Positions 43,319-57,532 of a stretch of DNA of 64,000 nucleotides are shown here, piece by piece. A program made the translations under genes and the position numbers. The DNA is from Octopus vulgaris (taxonomy: Eukaryota): the NCBI GenBank assembly GCA_951406725.2, contig OX597821.1:62992001-63056000 (forward strand), given 5' to 3'. How positions within the stretch are numbered: the stretch's first letter is position 1; each line of letters begins with the position of its first letter. Under the pieces are notes generated by a model that searched no databases, was not told the DNA's origin, and saw only the letters and a list, made by a program, of their open reading frames with translations.

Positions 43319-44869
43319 CCGACTTTTTATTCTCTTTACTGAAAGAGAAGAATGACAAAATCTTAATATTCTTCCTTTAATTCCACCCATTTAATTTTTA
43401 TTTCCTTTCCTAGATTAAAACGTTATTCATCAAAATAAAAACTCTATGAACAATGTTTTATGTAATAGATTTTTAAAACTATACTTAGTTGATAGTACAA
43501 ACATATATTTGAGAAATATAATTCTTAAGATGTGACATCAATATATTTTTAAATGCATTGCAATACACAAACTCATTATATTTCACAATATTAAAATAGT
43601 TAAATCGCAATTTCCTTTATGATATTATATTCCAGCTAACTTTGCGTAAGTGGTAACGTATGTTAGCGTATATGACATGGACATGGTGCTTAATTTAAGC
43701 AGATTTCTAATATAAACTGATTTCATTTGCTTGAAGTAGAAGCGTGTTTGAAGAGATTATCTAGTATATAATCACTCTATTTCCTTTTGCCTTTTCCTCT
43801 CAATTTAAATCAATATAAATCATGCGTAAACGCTACTGGATTAAATTGCAGACGAGATTTCACATATTTTATCTCATTTGATGTCATTTATATATGAATT
43901 ATTTCGAGCGCATAGTTCCATTGCATACCCGTATCCGTTTAAGATACGGTATTAGATAGATTGGTTGAAGAGATAGTAAAAGAATGGTTTCGGAATTCTT
44001 TGATAGTTTCACGTTACAGTAAAATAAATAACAATTAAGGATGGAATATGCCAGGATATTTCGATCACTCTTATAAGGATAATTTATACGATGACCAGCA
44101 AACAAATGATTCTATCAATGAAGATTGGTTATTTTATGCACAGAAACGATAGGGCTTTAATGGGAATGTATACTGTTTACTATCGGCATTAAGTAATAGA
44201 AAGATTCAAGTTACTTGTGACCGGTTAACACAATATCGCAAACATTATCTTTCTCTTGTCCTGTAAAGTCTAGTGCGTGATGGATTTGCATCTTCTGCTT
44301 TCTGCTTTCAATTTATTTACTATGTAAGTCGGAGAAATGAATAAACTAGCTGAACAAATTCATACATGTATGTTGTTTGTGTGTCTTCGTGTGCGAATGC
44401 ATGTACGCATCTGCGTGTGTGAAATTAATTGCTAAAATTATATAAATAATAAACATATGTATACATAAACCAACAATGAAAAGATTTTGGAATTTTGCAT
44501 GAGAACATGTTGCTTAGAGATCTAAATTGTTTTATTTAACTTATTATTGGCAAATACTACATAATCTAAATAATTATACATCAACAATAATAACATAATT
44601 CTAATATTAATTACAAAAGAAGCCATATATTAATAGGCACGCGTGTTCATAATGGAGGTGAACTGTTAAAAGAATTTCCTGGGAGAAATAAAACCTACTC
44701 AGTTAGGTATTACGCTACATCTCTACATATAAATCTAAATAATATTGGAATCTAGGATTATAAACAGGTCTCCCCCACTCTCTCTCTCTCACTTTCTCTC
44801 TCTGATTGTGCCTGTGAAGTTAACAATTTATGACAAACTATAATTCGTATCAAACCTTATGTAGGCACA

Positions 44870-45266
44870 TAATTTCTGCTATAGGCACAAGGCCTGAAAT
44901 TTGGAGGGGGCGATCCACTCAATTAGATCGACCCCAGTAGGCAAGTGGTATTTAATTTATCAACCTCGAAAAGATGAAAGGCATAGTCGACCCCGGGGGA
45001 ATTTGAATTCAGAACGTAACTTCAGATGAAATACCTATTTCTTTACTACACACAAGGGGCTAAACACAGAGTGGACAAACAAGGACAGACAAACGGATTA
45101 AGTCGATTATATCGATCTCAGTGCGTAACTGGTACTTATTTAATCGACCCCGAAAGGATGAAAAGCAAAGTCGACCTCGGCGGAATTTGAACTCAGAACG
45201 TAACAGCAGACGAAATACGGCTACGCATTTCGCCCGACATGTTAACGTTTCTGTCAGCTTGCCGCG
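44870..45266 (-). mobile_element. Composite SINE (copy with Tx1-like tail nested in a same-family SINE)
   Basis: Two body copies joined at 45033/45034; the composite is flanked by tgtaggcaca (44860-44869 and 45267-45276). Confidence 0.85.
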
Positions 45267-45840
45267 TGTAGGCACAAGATAAAGCTTTATAGAATTGTAC
45301 ATAGTTATAAATATTAGCGAGGTATTTACAATTATTGTCCGATCCATCACATTCGCGACTTCTCACTCGGAATATAAATGTTGCGACATGTATTGTCACA
45401 AATATAAGCTCCACAAGAACACGTCTTTTTGTGTGTATATATGTTTGTTTGTGAGAGCGTGGATTTGTGTGTGCGTGCGCGCGCGCGTGCGTACGTGCGT
45501 GTGTATTCCCATCAACTGTAGTCAGCTTCCGTAACGCAAACTATTGGGCTGTAATAATCTGGCAACGTCCGTCCGTTTGAGAGATGTCACAATTGTGTTC
45601 TTTGGTATCGAGTAACACTTCTGATTACGTAGACCTGATTGAACGACCGCCGATGTAGACGTCATCAATCACCCCGTCAATGCAACAGGTTCAAATTATA
45701 TCATATTGATAGATAGATAGATAGATACTTACATACATACATACATACATACATATATACATACATACATAGACGGACATAAATATATACATTATATGTA
45801 CCCATACACTCACTATATATATATATATACATATAATTGA

Positions 45841-46000
45841 AATCTATAGAAAAAGAAGACAAAGGCAGGTGTATGAACAACAAGCAAGTGTCTTAGTTTG
45901 ACGCTCTGGAAAAATGGAAGAGGTTTTTACGCTGTCAACCCAAGGCTCTTCAACAGAGAAGTGTAAGAGAATATAAAGAGATTGAGAATGAAAAAATCCT
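45841..46000 (-). mobile_element. Penelope-like element terminal fragment
   Basis: Homologous to 56180-56320 (aggcaggtgtat.aacaacaa.caagt..tagtttga.gctc..gctcttcaacaga). Confidence 0.7.
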
Positions 46001-46020
46001 TTATATATAGATATATAGAG

Positions 46021-46210
46021 ACACAGGAATGGCTGTGTAGTAAGTTGTTTGCTTACCAGCCACATGATTCCGGGTTCAGTCTCACAGTGTGACACCTTGG
46101 GCAAGTGTACCTACTATAGCTTCGGCCACACAAAAGATTTATGATTGGATTTGGTAGACAGAAAATGAAAGAAGCCTATTGTTTAAATATATATATATAT
46201 ATATGTGTGT

Positions 46211-46254
<44 letters not shown>

Positions 46255-46440
46255 GTGTGTGTGTTTGTGGGTGTTTGACACACATCATCGCTTGACAACC
46301 GACACAAGTGACCAATAGAATAAGTACCAGGCTTTAAAAAAATAATACTGAAATCGATCCATTCGACTCAAAAATAAATTCAAGGTGATGATCCAGAGGA
46401 CTGCTGTCTTATGACTGAGACAGATGAAAAAATAAAAGAT
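46021..46440 (+). mobile_element. Older SINE copy with internal microsatellite
   Basis: Diverged copy of the adjacent family. Confidence 0.8.
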
Positions 46441-46480
46441 ACACACGCACACATATAAAAATATATGCGTAAATATGTAT

Positions 46481-46882
46481 ATGGCTGGGTGGTAAGTAGC
46501 TTGCTTACGAACCACATGGTTCCGGGTACTGTCCCACTGCGTGGCACCTTGGGCAAGTGTCTTCTACTATAGTCTCGGGCCGACCAAAGCCTTGTGGGTG
46601 GATTTGGTAGTCGGAAGCTGAAAGAAGCCTGTCGTATATATATATATATATATGTACGTATGTACGGGCGTGTATACGTTTGTGTCTGTTTTTGTCCCCC
46701 CCCACATCGCTTGACAACATATGGTGGTGTGTTTACGTCCCCGTAATTTAGCGGTTCGACAAGACAGACCGATAGAATAAGTACTAGGCTTACAAAGAAT
46801 AAGTCCTGGGGTCGATTTGCTCGACTAAAGGCGGTGCTCCAGCATGGCCACAGTCAAATGACTGAAACAAGTAAAAGAGTAA
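46481..46882 (+). mobile_element. Full-length SINE with internal microsatellite
   Basis: tggctgggtggtaagtagcttgcttacgaaccacatggttccggg...ggtgctccagcatggccacagtcaaatgactgaaacaagtaaaagag. Confidence 0.9.
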
Positions 46883-47595
46883 AATATTATATGCTGTATA
46901 TATATATAAAGCTCACTTTTGCGCATCTGCGAAAGTTATGAACATACTTTTGCACATAACTTTTCTTAAAAGTTTGCATATGATACATAACTAATCTTTT
47001 ATGACTTTATTAGAAATCAATTAAAATGAGTCGCAACTAGCTTTTCATTATCATTTATGCTCTCGGTGAAAATAGTCCGTGAAGATTGCGAAAACATTGC
47101 ATAATCAACAATTCAGCTAGAGATAGCTTTAAGCGTGATTGAAGAAATGTGTTATATATTAAAGTACTGCTTTAATACAAATCATTTACATTAGATTTTC
47201 TTAGCAGGATATATCCATTCATTGTCATTCTATTCGCTTTTACAATATCTTTGTTTCGCTTCGCTTTTTATTGGGTATTGGAATAACATACAATTAATTA
47301 TATGTTCTTAGATGTTTAATTAATTTTCTTGAAAATAATGCTAATCCTGCGTTAGCACATTAGAAAACTTGACGATTTTCTGTTTCAAAATGCTAAGTGA
47401 CTAATGAACAATCCGTATCTAATGTTTTCTTTAAAAATTTATTTCTACATCTTATACTTGTGAATTCGTCTGATGCATTGTTTAGGCAGTTAAGCAACTA
47501 CTAACGGTTGTTTTCTAATACTTCTCTATATATTCATGTGTGTGTGCGTACGTATGTATGCATGGTTATGCGGGTATGAATGTGAGATTGTATGC

Positions 47596-47678
<83 letters not shown>

Positions 47679-49616
47679 TGTGTGTATGTGTGTCTGTGTG
47701 TGTGTATGTATGTGTGTATGTATATATGTGTGTGTGTGACTGTATATGTTTGTTAGGAAATTTGTATTTTTGTGCAACTATGAATATGTATTGTATGCGG
47801 ATTATATTATCGGGAATCTGCTTCATTGTTTTGTCAAGCACATTTGGTACTTGATACAGTTTGAATTTCTCAGTTAAATTCAGAGACCATTATTCGTGAC
47901 TGCTAAACAAATTGTCTTACGCGAACTTGGAATTTATCTAGAAAGAATATACCAAAGTATCTGGTCTCAAACATTTGAACGTTGTGCTGTATGCATGGGC
48001 GAACATATATATCCACCAGCAACAGACTGAATATGGATTGTGTTCTATTGCCGTTAAGTATCTTCCGTTCTTACGGTGATGTCAAGTATAATTGAAGCTT
48101 GTTGACATTCACATGAGTTTGGGTTCACTTTATGCCATGTTGCTGTGCTTGTCATGCGATATCTCTCCATCTCTGTCTATTTTAGCGCTTTAATATTCTG
48201 TACAAATAGCCAGTTTCTAGAATGATGACTGCAACCTCTCCCGTTTGCTACTCAATATTGTACAGTTTTGTTAATTCTTGTAAGATTATAAGTTTTAGTC
48301 GGATAGAATGTATCATGCACCTTGTGTTCAACTGGGGGGGGGGTTAAACAACCCTTCAAATTATAATGAATAGTTTCGTTTGGTTTTCAATCACACTTGA
48401 ACGATTTCGGAATCTCAGTAGTACAGTAGTGTAGGACAAACGTTTAATTATTTTGTGCATGTGGAAATAACACGAGGGCCAAAACTGACAGCAAATCTGA
48501 TAAATCAGATGTCCTATAATTTATCACGGGACATCATGATATAAATATATCTATTTTTCTGGTAACTAAATATTATTACATGAGACGATAAGCATTTCCC
48601 ATATCATATATGTCGATATTTATACAAGTTTTCCTTAAAATACTGTTGCTCTGAAACTCCCTCTTGTGAATGTACAGGATGTACAGTTTGATGCAATTAT
48701 GACATTGCCATGAAGAATTTCAGTTAGGTTAATATCATTGATATTGCTGATCTTATTTTCTTTTTGATCCAAAGTATTTAGAAATCATTGAAATAAGCAT
48801 ATGTCAATTGAATATTATCAAAACTTTACTGTTGAAATATAGTTGCCAAAATCAGCATGAGTTTCAACGAGCGAAATCTATTTCGATGTAACTCTTATTG
48901 TAACAAGTTTCAGTTAGCGAGGAACATGTCATATTTCCTATGTAGAGACATGATCGATGAATCCAGACCACTTCACTACATTTTTCTGGTCTTCCCTTAT
49001 CCACTTTCGTATTAATGTATCTAAATTAGATTCCTTTATCCGATACCATTGTTCTACAATTTTGATACATAAGATCTAATGAGAAAGCTTCGACACGATC
49101 ACAATGCCTGCAGAAATAGACACCAGATCACTAAGAATCATATCACACACTATGAACGAAATAATACCACAACACTCGATTTAGGTGCAAATCGTTCGTG
49201 TCTCACTGAAACTCGATGGTTGAAGAGGCTAGAAGTCATTTGCTTGTACCGGTGCTCAAGCAATTGTTAAGAGGAACCCATAAGAAGGACACAAATTAAA
49301 TCATAGAAGTAATTTTATTAAGCGTTCTGAGTAGCGCTTCACTTGTCATATACTTAGTTAAATCACACGGGGTTCATTTTTCTGCCTGAGGGTCTGAGCC
49401 AAAAGAATGTCAACATATAGCCAGAAATACAAACATGTGTATACAAAACATACATGTCGGTCGAAAGACATCTTAAAACCGTGTTTCAATATTTACCGAT
49501 ATACTTCCTATTTCTCTCTCTCTCTCTCTCTCTCTCCAGTCTGGTCAAATGTAGTGCGAAAAAGAATGACACCGCCTTTACAGCACACCGGTCGGTCGCA
49601 TGGAAGGGTAGAGGAA

Positions 49617-49670
<54 letters not shown>

Positions 49671-50886
49671 AAGAAGGGGATACAAAGAAACAGAGGAGGA
49701 AGGAGCAAAGGGAGTAGAGAAAAGAGTGAAAGAGAGAGAAGGGAGGTGAGCAATGGTACGAAAGAGAATAAGAGTGAAGAAAGTGATAGAATAAGAGCAG
49801 AGGTGGAAGGAGACAGAGTAAGAAGAAGGAGTTAGAGTGGCACAATAAATATTCATGGAATATTTTTTTACAACAAATTAAACAAACTGGGTGTCCGTTG
49901 CGCTACAAGGATGTATCACTGATTGAACAGACAGAGCACAAGGAGAAAAGGTTAGACGAAAGCAGAGCAAACGAGAAACTAGACGAAAACTTAACGGGCG
50001 GGAACATAGACAAAGACACGAATATTCGTAGCTCAGTTTCCCTCATCAGTCAATGAACCAAAATATCATCGTGGCTTCGCGCGATTATCATTGAGACCAC
50101 TCAATCTTGGGGGTGCCAGTGCTGTTATTAAGCTACTGGGGAAAAGTTTGTGAATGTGTGCAGATATAGAAACAAACAAGATAAAATATAAATACAACAC
50201 ACGAAGGATTATGCATATATAAAAACGCGAAGACTTACAGCTATATTAGGAAACGTAGAATTTGAAAATGCACTAAGAATAGCTAAAATATTTTTTATTA
50301 TTATAATTAAGGCTTTAACCGGTTTCACATTATACACTGATATTCAAAGGGCTCAAATAGAAAGACGTGGCTTATGTCGCAGCTGCCCTGCATCTTACTA
50401 GTGCTTGAAGCTTGCCCTACTTTGAATGGGAAGCTCATGGCTTAATTAGCATATGTTTTGAATAGGATTTCATTGGTAGATGGTAATCAAGTAACTGGCC
50501 TTAGAAACGTTTGCAGGTTCTTCGCTACGTCCGTGTGTTACTAGCAAGTGACAGTTTTTGGCGTTGTAAGCTAAGGCTGACATGGTTGAATAAAATAACT
50601 TTGTTTCCTATATAATAATAAGGCTAGTCAAAGAATAATAATAATAATGTAATAATAATAAGGCTAGTCAAAGAAAAGAAAGGAATCATTCCTTGGATTA
50701 TTTGCACACAGATACAGAAACTCTTGAAATTGTTCCAGGCAATGAAATAAGCAAGAGAGAAATAAAATAAAATACAATATTTACGTTACTAAGTTTAAGA
50801 ATTTTTCTTCTAGCGCATGAGAATCCTGGTACCTAGCGCTAGCCTAACTTTATTCCTTGCAGAATACCCGGGAAAAATAGCCTAGC

Positions 50887-51022
50887 AGCTTTCCGTTCAA
50901 ATTTTACCGATCGAAGTCCATGTAATCGACTCGCCCCCTTCCCCAATACTTGAGGTCACGTGCCTATTTTAGAAAGAATTATCATTATTATTATTATAAT
51001 TATAATTATTATTATTGTTATT

Positions 51023-51067
<45 letters not shown>

Positions 51068-51239
51068 TGCATCAAGTATTTATTTATTTATTATTTTATT
51101 ATTATCAAAATAAAAGACTATACACACACGTATATATATATATATATACGTGTGTGTATAGTCTTTTATTTTGATAATAATAAAATAATAAATAAATAAA
51201 TACTTGATGTAGATGATGATGATGATGATGATGATGATG

Positions 51240-51305
<66 letters not shown>

Positions 51306-51413
51306 GTAATAATAATGATAATTCTTTCTAAAATAGGCACGTGGCCTCAAGTATTGGGGAAGGGGGCGAGTCGATTGCATGGACTTCGATCGGTAAAATT
51401 TGAACGGAAAGCT
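50887..51413. repeat. Spacerless palindrome of ~527 bp centred on (TA)9
   Basis: Centre 51139/51140; arms carry a SINE fragment, (ATT)n(CAT)n and unique sequence, differing by a few transitions and microsatellite length. Confidence 0.95.
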
Positions 51414-51426
51414 AGCGCTATATGTA

Positions 51427-51491
<65 letters not shown>

Positions 51492-52117
51492 ATACATACA
51501 TATACATATATGTATGTGCATGTATGTATATATGCATGTGTATGTATATGTGCATGTGTACATATATATATACACTCACACATATATACACAAACATACA
51601 AACACACAGACACAGAGGAATTCCAGGGAGAGAGGGAACATGCAAATAAGTACGCTTAGATTGTTTTTCCTCTCAGGTGTTGAAAATGTAAATATGTGTT
51701 AGAAATGTATGACTGTATGGTTAGACAAGGAGGAAGTATAAAGTTCATAAAGTTATAAGTATAAAGTTAAACAAGGAGCAAGTATAAAGTTCATAATGCA
51801 TGCTTGATATCCCTATGACCAACACACGCTGGCGAATAATAACGTTTTTAATGCATTTATGAGCATTATGTTAACATTTCTGTTTGTGTCATGTAAAACA
51901 ATAATATATATGTACAAGTCTTTGGTTGTAGAAAATTATAGCATATTGAACATCAGGATAGAAAAAATTTTTTTCTAAAATACGATGTGTTTGAACAAGA
52001 TATTTTAAATGAAATGTTTAAAGCTTAAGTGCATACAACATAAGATGTCAATGTATTTGTCGCTTATAGACTGAAATCTTTGAAGATACAACTTTTAGCT
52101 GATGGTTTCATGTGTCT

Positions 52118-52179
<62 letters not shown>

Positions 52180-52270
52180 TAATAATAAAAGGTGAAATTA
52201 ATTAATTAGGGATAATTATCAATTACACCAAGTAGATTTCGGCATGTGAAAGCCCCATTCGAGGAAAATT

Positions 52271-52322
52271 TAAGTAATACTAAGTAATACTAAGTAATAC
52301 TAAGTAATACTAAGTAATACTA
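52271..52322 (+). repeat. 10-bp tandem repeat (TAAGTAATAC)x5
   Basis: Direct reading; lies in a ~225-bp island between two (TA)n tracts. Confidence 0.9.
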
Positions 52323-52401
52323 ATAGCTATATCTCTTTGACTGCTATTTCTAAATTCGGTGTGTTGGTGAGGCAATTCGTTGCTAAACCCTTAATTACTT
52401 A

Positions 52402-52453
<52 letters not shown>

Positions 52454-53216
52454 TCCTATGTAGGTATAACATGTGGATATCCGGAAAAAAAATTAGATGA
52501 ACTGTTTCTACAAAATCCTTTTATTTACAATTGAATTTATTTCAGTTTAGATCAATAATAGCAAGAAAACCGTACGCTCTTAGAGTAATTCTCAAGGTTA
52601 TGTTACGTTATACAGTTAATGAATAAAGTAATAAGAAAATAAACAAAGGTCAGATTATTTTACAATCGCAGTCAAGACCAGAAACTAAGTACAAACGCTG
52701 ATAGTTTCAAAAAGTAATTTATAACATTTAATTTTAATTTAAAACCTGGATGATATTGCTGTAAATATGGGTATTATTATTTCTTTTTTAGGACTTTCTA
52801 TGCAATATGTTATGGAAAGATATCTGTATATCTATGTGAATTATAACCTAGGATGATTTCATCATTATTATAGAGTTAGCTGTCCCTCAATATTATTACT
52901 TATTCACATATATTCATTATATTTTCGGGATTGAGCATCGTAAAAGCGCTCGAAGTAACGCTTGATATTTTTCTATGAATGGGATAATGGATTATCTTTA
53001 ATGTTGAATAACAATTCACTTGTTTGATTTGTTTATATTTTTAAGAATTCATCATGTGTTAAACGATACTCTTTATAAAGGATCTATAAAAAAATTTGCT
53101 GAAAAACGATTTATTCATATTTATCAATTACGTAAAGACACGAAATTCATATTCTAAAATTTCCTTTGTTTTATATCAAATAAAGTACAAACCCCTTGTT
53201 CTTCCTCTACTTTCAG

Positions 53217-53243
53217 AATCTGATGATACAAAGCCGGAAACAG
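53217..53243 (+). CDS. 27-nt microexon encoding the inter-CCP linker (K)SDDTKPET(D)
   Basis: Strong acceptor ccccttgttcttcctctactttcag and perfect donor CAG|gtaagt; 27 nt, phase 1-1, open in the frame of the flanking CCP exons. Confidence 0.75.
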
Positions 53244-54096
53244 GTAAGTAGATACAATATAACTGCAGAAGGTTGTTGGTTACACATAATAATCGAACCT
53301 ATATAAAACCGGCAAAGATATTTTGATTGACATATTTCAAAGCACAGTGGTTTTAACCCTAAACTTCTTTGCAAGTTATCTTCATAAATCTTTCAACAAA
53401 TAAAATTTCGGGTTTCTATTTTATCGATCTTGGAATGATGTATAAGGTGAAATTGTACTCAGAATGGCAATATTCCAAAGTATACTGTCGTAAAATATAA
53501 ATATGCTGCCATTTTATGTGAAAAGAACAACACTGTAGGAAGTAATTCTAGAATGATCTACTAATTTACGAGGTAAAAATTTATAGGTTATGATAGATTA
53601 CTTACGCATTTCCCATAATCATTCGATCAATAATTTTTAAGTATACCAAAGAGATAAGACATTAAAACATATGACTTAAAAGTGCTTCCAAAGAGATACT
53701 TTCACGAACATCAAAATAGTGTAGAACGTTTACATTTCAAAAAGGAGTAAAACAACCCAAATGTTTTTTCATCATTTTATTATCGCATGAAACAAATATT
53801 GAACGCTTAAAGGAGTACACAGCAAACGCAGGAAAATGATTAGTCTCCAATCGTTCGTATTGAACCTTCAACTAAAGTGCAATATACTAAGCCGAAAGAT
53901 GCTGTGTTGCCAAATATTTACCCAATGGAAAATTGTAAATTATGCTACATATTGCTTCTACGTTACAAATTAACACCGGCTTATTTTCAGTTTTTTTACA
54001 AACTGTTTTTTTTTGTTTTATTTATTTGCCTGTATTCAAATTACGTATTTTAAATTTCATATCTAAAATTGCATTGTATTTTCAACTGTAAACTAG

Positions 54097-54264
54097 ATTG
54101 TAAGTATCCCGGAGAGGTATCCAATGGACGACGGGAAGGTCAAGATTTCCGATATCCCGCAAAAGTGACATATTTTTGCAATGAAGGTTTCCAGTTGATC
54201 GGCAATCCTGTGCGAGAGTGCCAGATAAATGGACAGTGGTCAGGATCTCTACCACTATGTAATC
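54097..54264 (+). CDS. CCP/sushi domain exon
   Basis: Acceptor ...ttttcaactgtaaactag (weak pyrimidine tract), donor C|gtgagt, 168 nt, phase 1-1. Encodes CKYPGEVSNGRREGQDFRYPAKVTYFCNEGFQLIGNPVRECQINGQWSGSLPLCN. Confidence 0.9.
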
Positions 54265-54754
54265 GTGAGTGTTAACTATCACTTGTTAATATTACAATTA
54301 TTCTCTTTTCACGTTTTAATGAGGAATATTAACTGTGAAATTTTGTTTAGTACATCGACTGAATACATTAAACATTAGGTATTTTTAGAAAATATTAGGC
54401 CTGTTAAAAGAAGCTCAGACACAAACAAACTACTTATGCTGAATAGGAATCTTATATGAATGTTATAAACAAAGTATTATATTCACTAGTTTCGCCGAGT
54501 GCAACGAAACGGATTTCTCTCAGAATGTAGAGAGACATTTTTATAGTTCATTGCTTTAATTATAATCTTAATCCTGATATAATCAACTCATTTTATTTAT
54601 TTAATATTTGTGTCGTAATTTGAAACAGGCTAAGTCGTTTACTATAAAAATACTTAGAACTATGTGAAGCGATATTCTAGTTTGAAGAATTGTAAGATAA
54701 TAGATTGATTCTACAGAAAGCTGCCTTAGCAGTATCAAGTATATAATAATAAGT

Positions 54755-54892
54755 GCGCCCTTTTAAAGCCTAACCAGACTCATGGGCCCGGTTTCCCGGT
54801 TTCTAAGGTGTATGTGTTCCCCAGCTGGACGGGACGCCAGTCCATCGCAGCGTTACCCATTTTTGCCAGCTGAGTGAACTGGAGCAACGTGA
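54755..54892 (-). mobile_element. SINE 3' fragment
   Basis: Shares a tail with 12550-12615 and the ccagctgagtgaactggagcaacgtg domain. Confidence 0.75.
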
Positions 54893-54929
54893 TATCAAGA
54901 ATATACTAAATTACATAAGATGTTACAAA

Positions 54930-54966
<37 letters not shown>

Positions 54967-56141
54967 CACAAGCTACTAATTACCTTGTCGCTGAAGCACC
55001 TCTTCCTTTCTTTCCTCTCACACATTGTAAAGTTAATCGTATTTAGCATGATACATTTAACGGAAAATATAACTATTGTAATCTAATTAAATCAAAACGT
55101 ATACAGGTGAAGATTGTAAAAGTATTTCTATTAGAAATTTGAAATTGTTACGCAGCAACTATACGTAGGAATATTATTTGATAAATGAGTTTTTATGTCA
55201 TGAAAATATATTATACAATTTAGTTTTTATGTTGTGGGATATCATAATTAAAAAAGGGGTTTATATGCGAAGGAGAGTTGAGATGAGTGGAATGAGTTAA
55301 ATATTCGTCTTGGAATATTTATGACATGTTTGGTAGATTATTTTTAGCATTCAATAAAGGGTTGGAATATTTGTCTCTCTTCTATGACTATTTAGAATAA
55401 TCTGCCCCAAATGTACATTGCTCATTTATGAATTCCTTATTGAACATGTTCACTAATGGAATTCAAAGTCTATTGAAATTTCTCCCTGGTCAGAGATTTT
55501 TCCCTACAGATTATGTCCAGTGAAGCAAACATTTGTAGCACTATTTGTTCAAATATTACATTCATGCCGAAAATGCTTCATTGTATATATCTAATCAAAT
55601 ATCCGATCAAATACATCTAGTTGGCAACTGATAGAGAAATGAGTCCACTAATCACTAGATCTCTTCGAAATATAAACAAATTTCTTTCAAATCACATTGT
55701 ATATCTTACAAATAAGTGGTGAATTGGCTTGTGCAGTTCCAGGTAACTTGCGCTAAGAAAAGTAATAAGGGAATAACGGATGACACAATTCAAGAATTTG
55801 TTTATAGATGTTGGCTGTGCTGGATATGAGCCAAATAAAAAAATAAATTACGTATGAATGTATAGAAAGGAGGAGACAGAGAGAGGGGGAGAGAGATAGA
55901 GATACATACATACATAGAATACAAGGGATCCATATAGTGATCTCTCATATGTATGTTTGAATAAAATTGACGGTTTTCGGACGGTTTTAAGTATGCTGAC
56001 CACTAGTTGAAATTGATATCATGTAATAATATTAATTTCTATTCTTCATATTATTATTATTATATCATATATATAATAAAATATATAATAATAATAAAAG
56101 AATGAGAATGGTAATATATATATACACACACATACATATAC

Positions 56142-56174
<33 letters not shown>

Positions 56175-57272
56175 GTTGAGATTTACAGAAAAACAGAAGA
56201 GGAGGCAGGTGTATAAACAACAAACAAGTATTTTAGTTTGATGCTCGGGAAGGTGAGAAAGTCTTCGAGGATATGCTCTTCAACAGAAAGGAAAGCAAGG
56301 AAACAAACAAAGAGAGAATAAAACAATTTTGGAGCTAGCGATCAATCATGGTGGCTGGCTGGACAGAGGTAGTTAGACAGGAGAGCTAAGAAGGGGAGAT
56401 AATAAAGTATTGGTGATCCCAAAACGAAGGTGCGCGTGCGTGTGTATGTAAGATTGTGTGAGTGTGTGCGTGTGGATAGGGGCTGATGACTTTGCCGTGT
56501 GGATGTTTGCGTGTGTAAGTGTGTACGTCTGTAATGTGTGCGTGTAAGGATGATGGTGCTGGGAAGTGGTCAATGCTAGTGTGTGCGGGGTGGTGTGATG
56601 TGATGTGTTTGGTGGTGCTGAGGTGTGGGGATGTGAGGGTGGAGTATGGATTTGGCTGTGAATGTGGGGGTAGGATGAGGTATGTGGGATTGGGATGTGT
56701 GTGTGTGGGGTGTGGATGGAGGGGTAACGAAGAAGGAAGCAGGTGGGTAGGAGTGGAGAGTTGAAGTAGGTGTCAGGGCAAGAGCGTAGAGGGGAGGTAG
56801 GTAGGATTGAAGAAAGTAAGTAGCTGTGAGATGAAGAGAGGAGAGAGAGTCAGATGAAGAGGGGGGTGTTGAACCTATGTGGCACAAAGGAGGCAAGAGA
56901 GAAGATTAATTCCTGTTCACGGCGACAGGTGTTGTAATGAATGACCGGTAGAGCGGAAATGGCGCGAGACCGGTGTATCGTTGCCGAGTCTAATATATCG
57001 GAGATGCTCCACGAACCAGTCAGCCAAGCGGCGTCACGTTTGACTAATGTACATAGAAGGAGAGAAAGAGCATGAGATGCATTAAAGGACGTTGCTAAAG
57101 GAGTCAGTGATATAATAGGGATGATGATGGATGCCTGTGAAGATGGTGGTGTTGGAGAGGTAAGGGTAAGTATGGCAGTGTGTGTGGAAGTAGTAGAACG
57201 AGCCAGGTTGGGAGGGGGGTAGGGAAAACTGTAGACCAGGAGGCCACGTAGGTTGTGGGCGCGTTTGAAGGA
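56175..57272 (-). mobile_element. Penelope-like retroelement 3' relic with GIY-YIG endonuclease
   Basis: Minus strand about 57100-56865 reads SNVL*CISCSFSPSMYISQT*RRLADWFVEHLRYIRLGNDTPVSRHF...REQELIFSL, the Penelope GIY-YIG pattern; flanked by (TA)n on both sides. Confidence 0.85.
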
Positions 57273-57532
57273 ATATATATATATATATACAAAGTCACTA
57301 ACAGATTAAATATCACTTATTGTAATCGTCTTATATATATCAGGGGAACAAATAAATGTGGAATAAAATTATATTTTTCAGTCGGCTGTAGTAATTACTA
57401 ATTCTTTTACCATTATAGAAGCAATGAAATTTAGAAACTTCATTATATAAATAGGAATTTTTCTGTAGCTGACCCGTTTGATCCATTAAAATAAATCAAA
57501 ACAATACACTGCATAATATATTTTATTTTCAG

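Noticed and set aside
45920-45960. Hammerhead-like motif in Penelope ends (also ~56255-56290)
   Set aside because: Core reads TTGAAGA...GACA or GAAG, not CTGANGA...GAAA; cannot be called a ribozyme.
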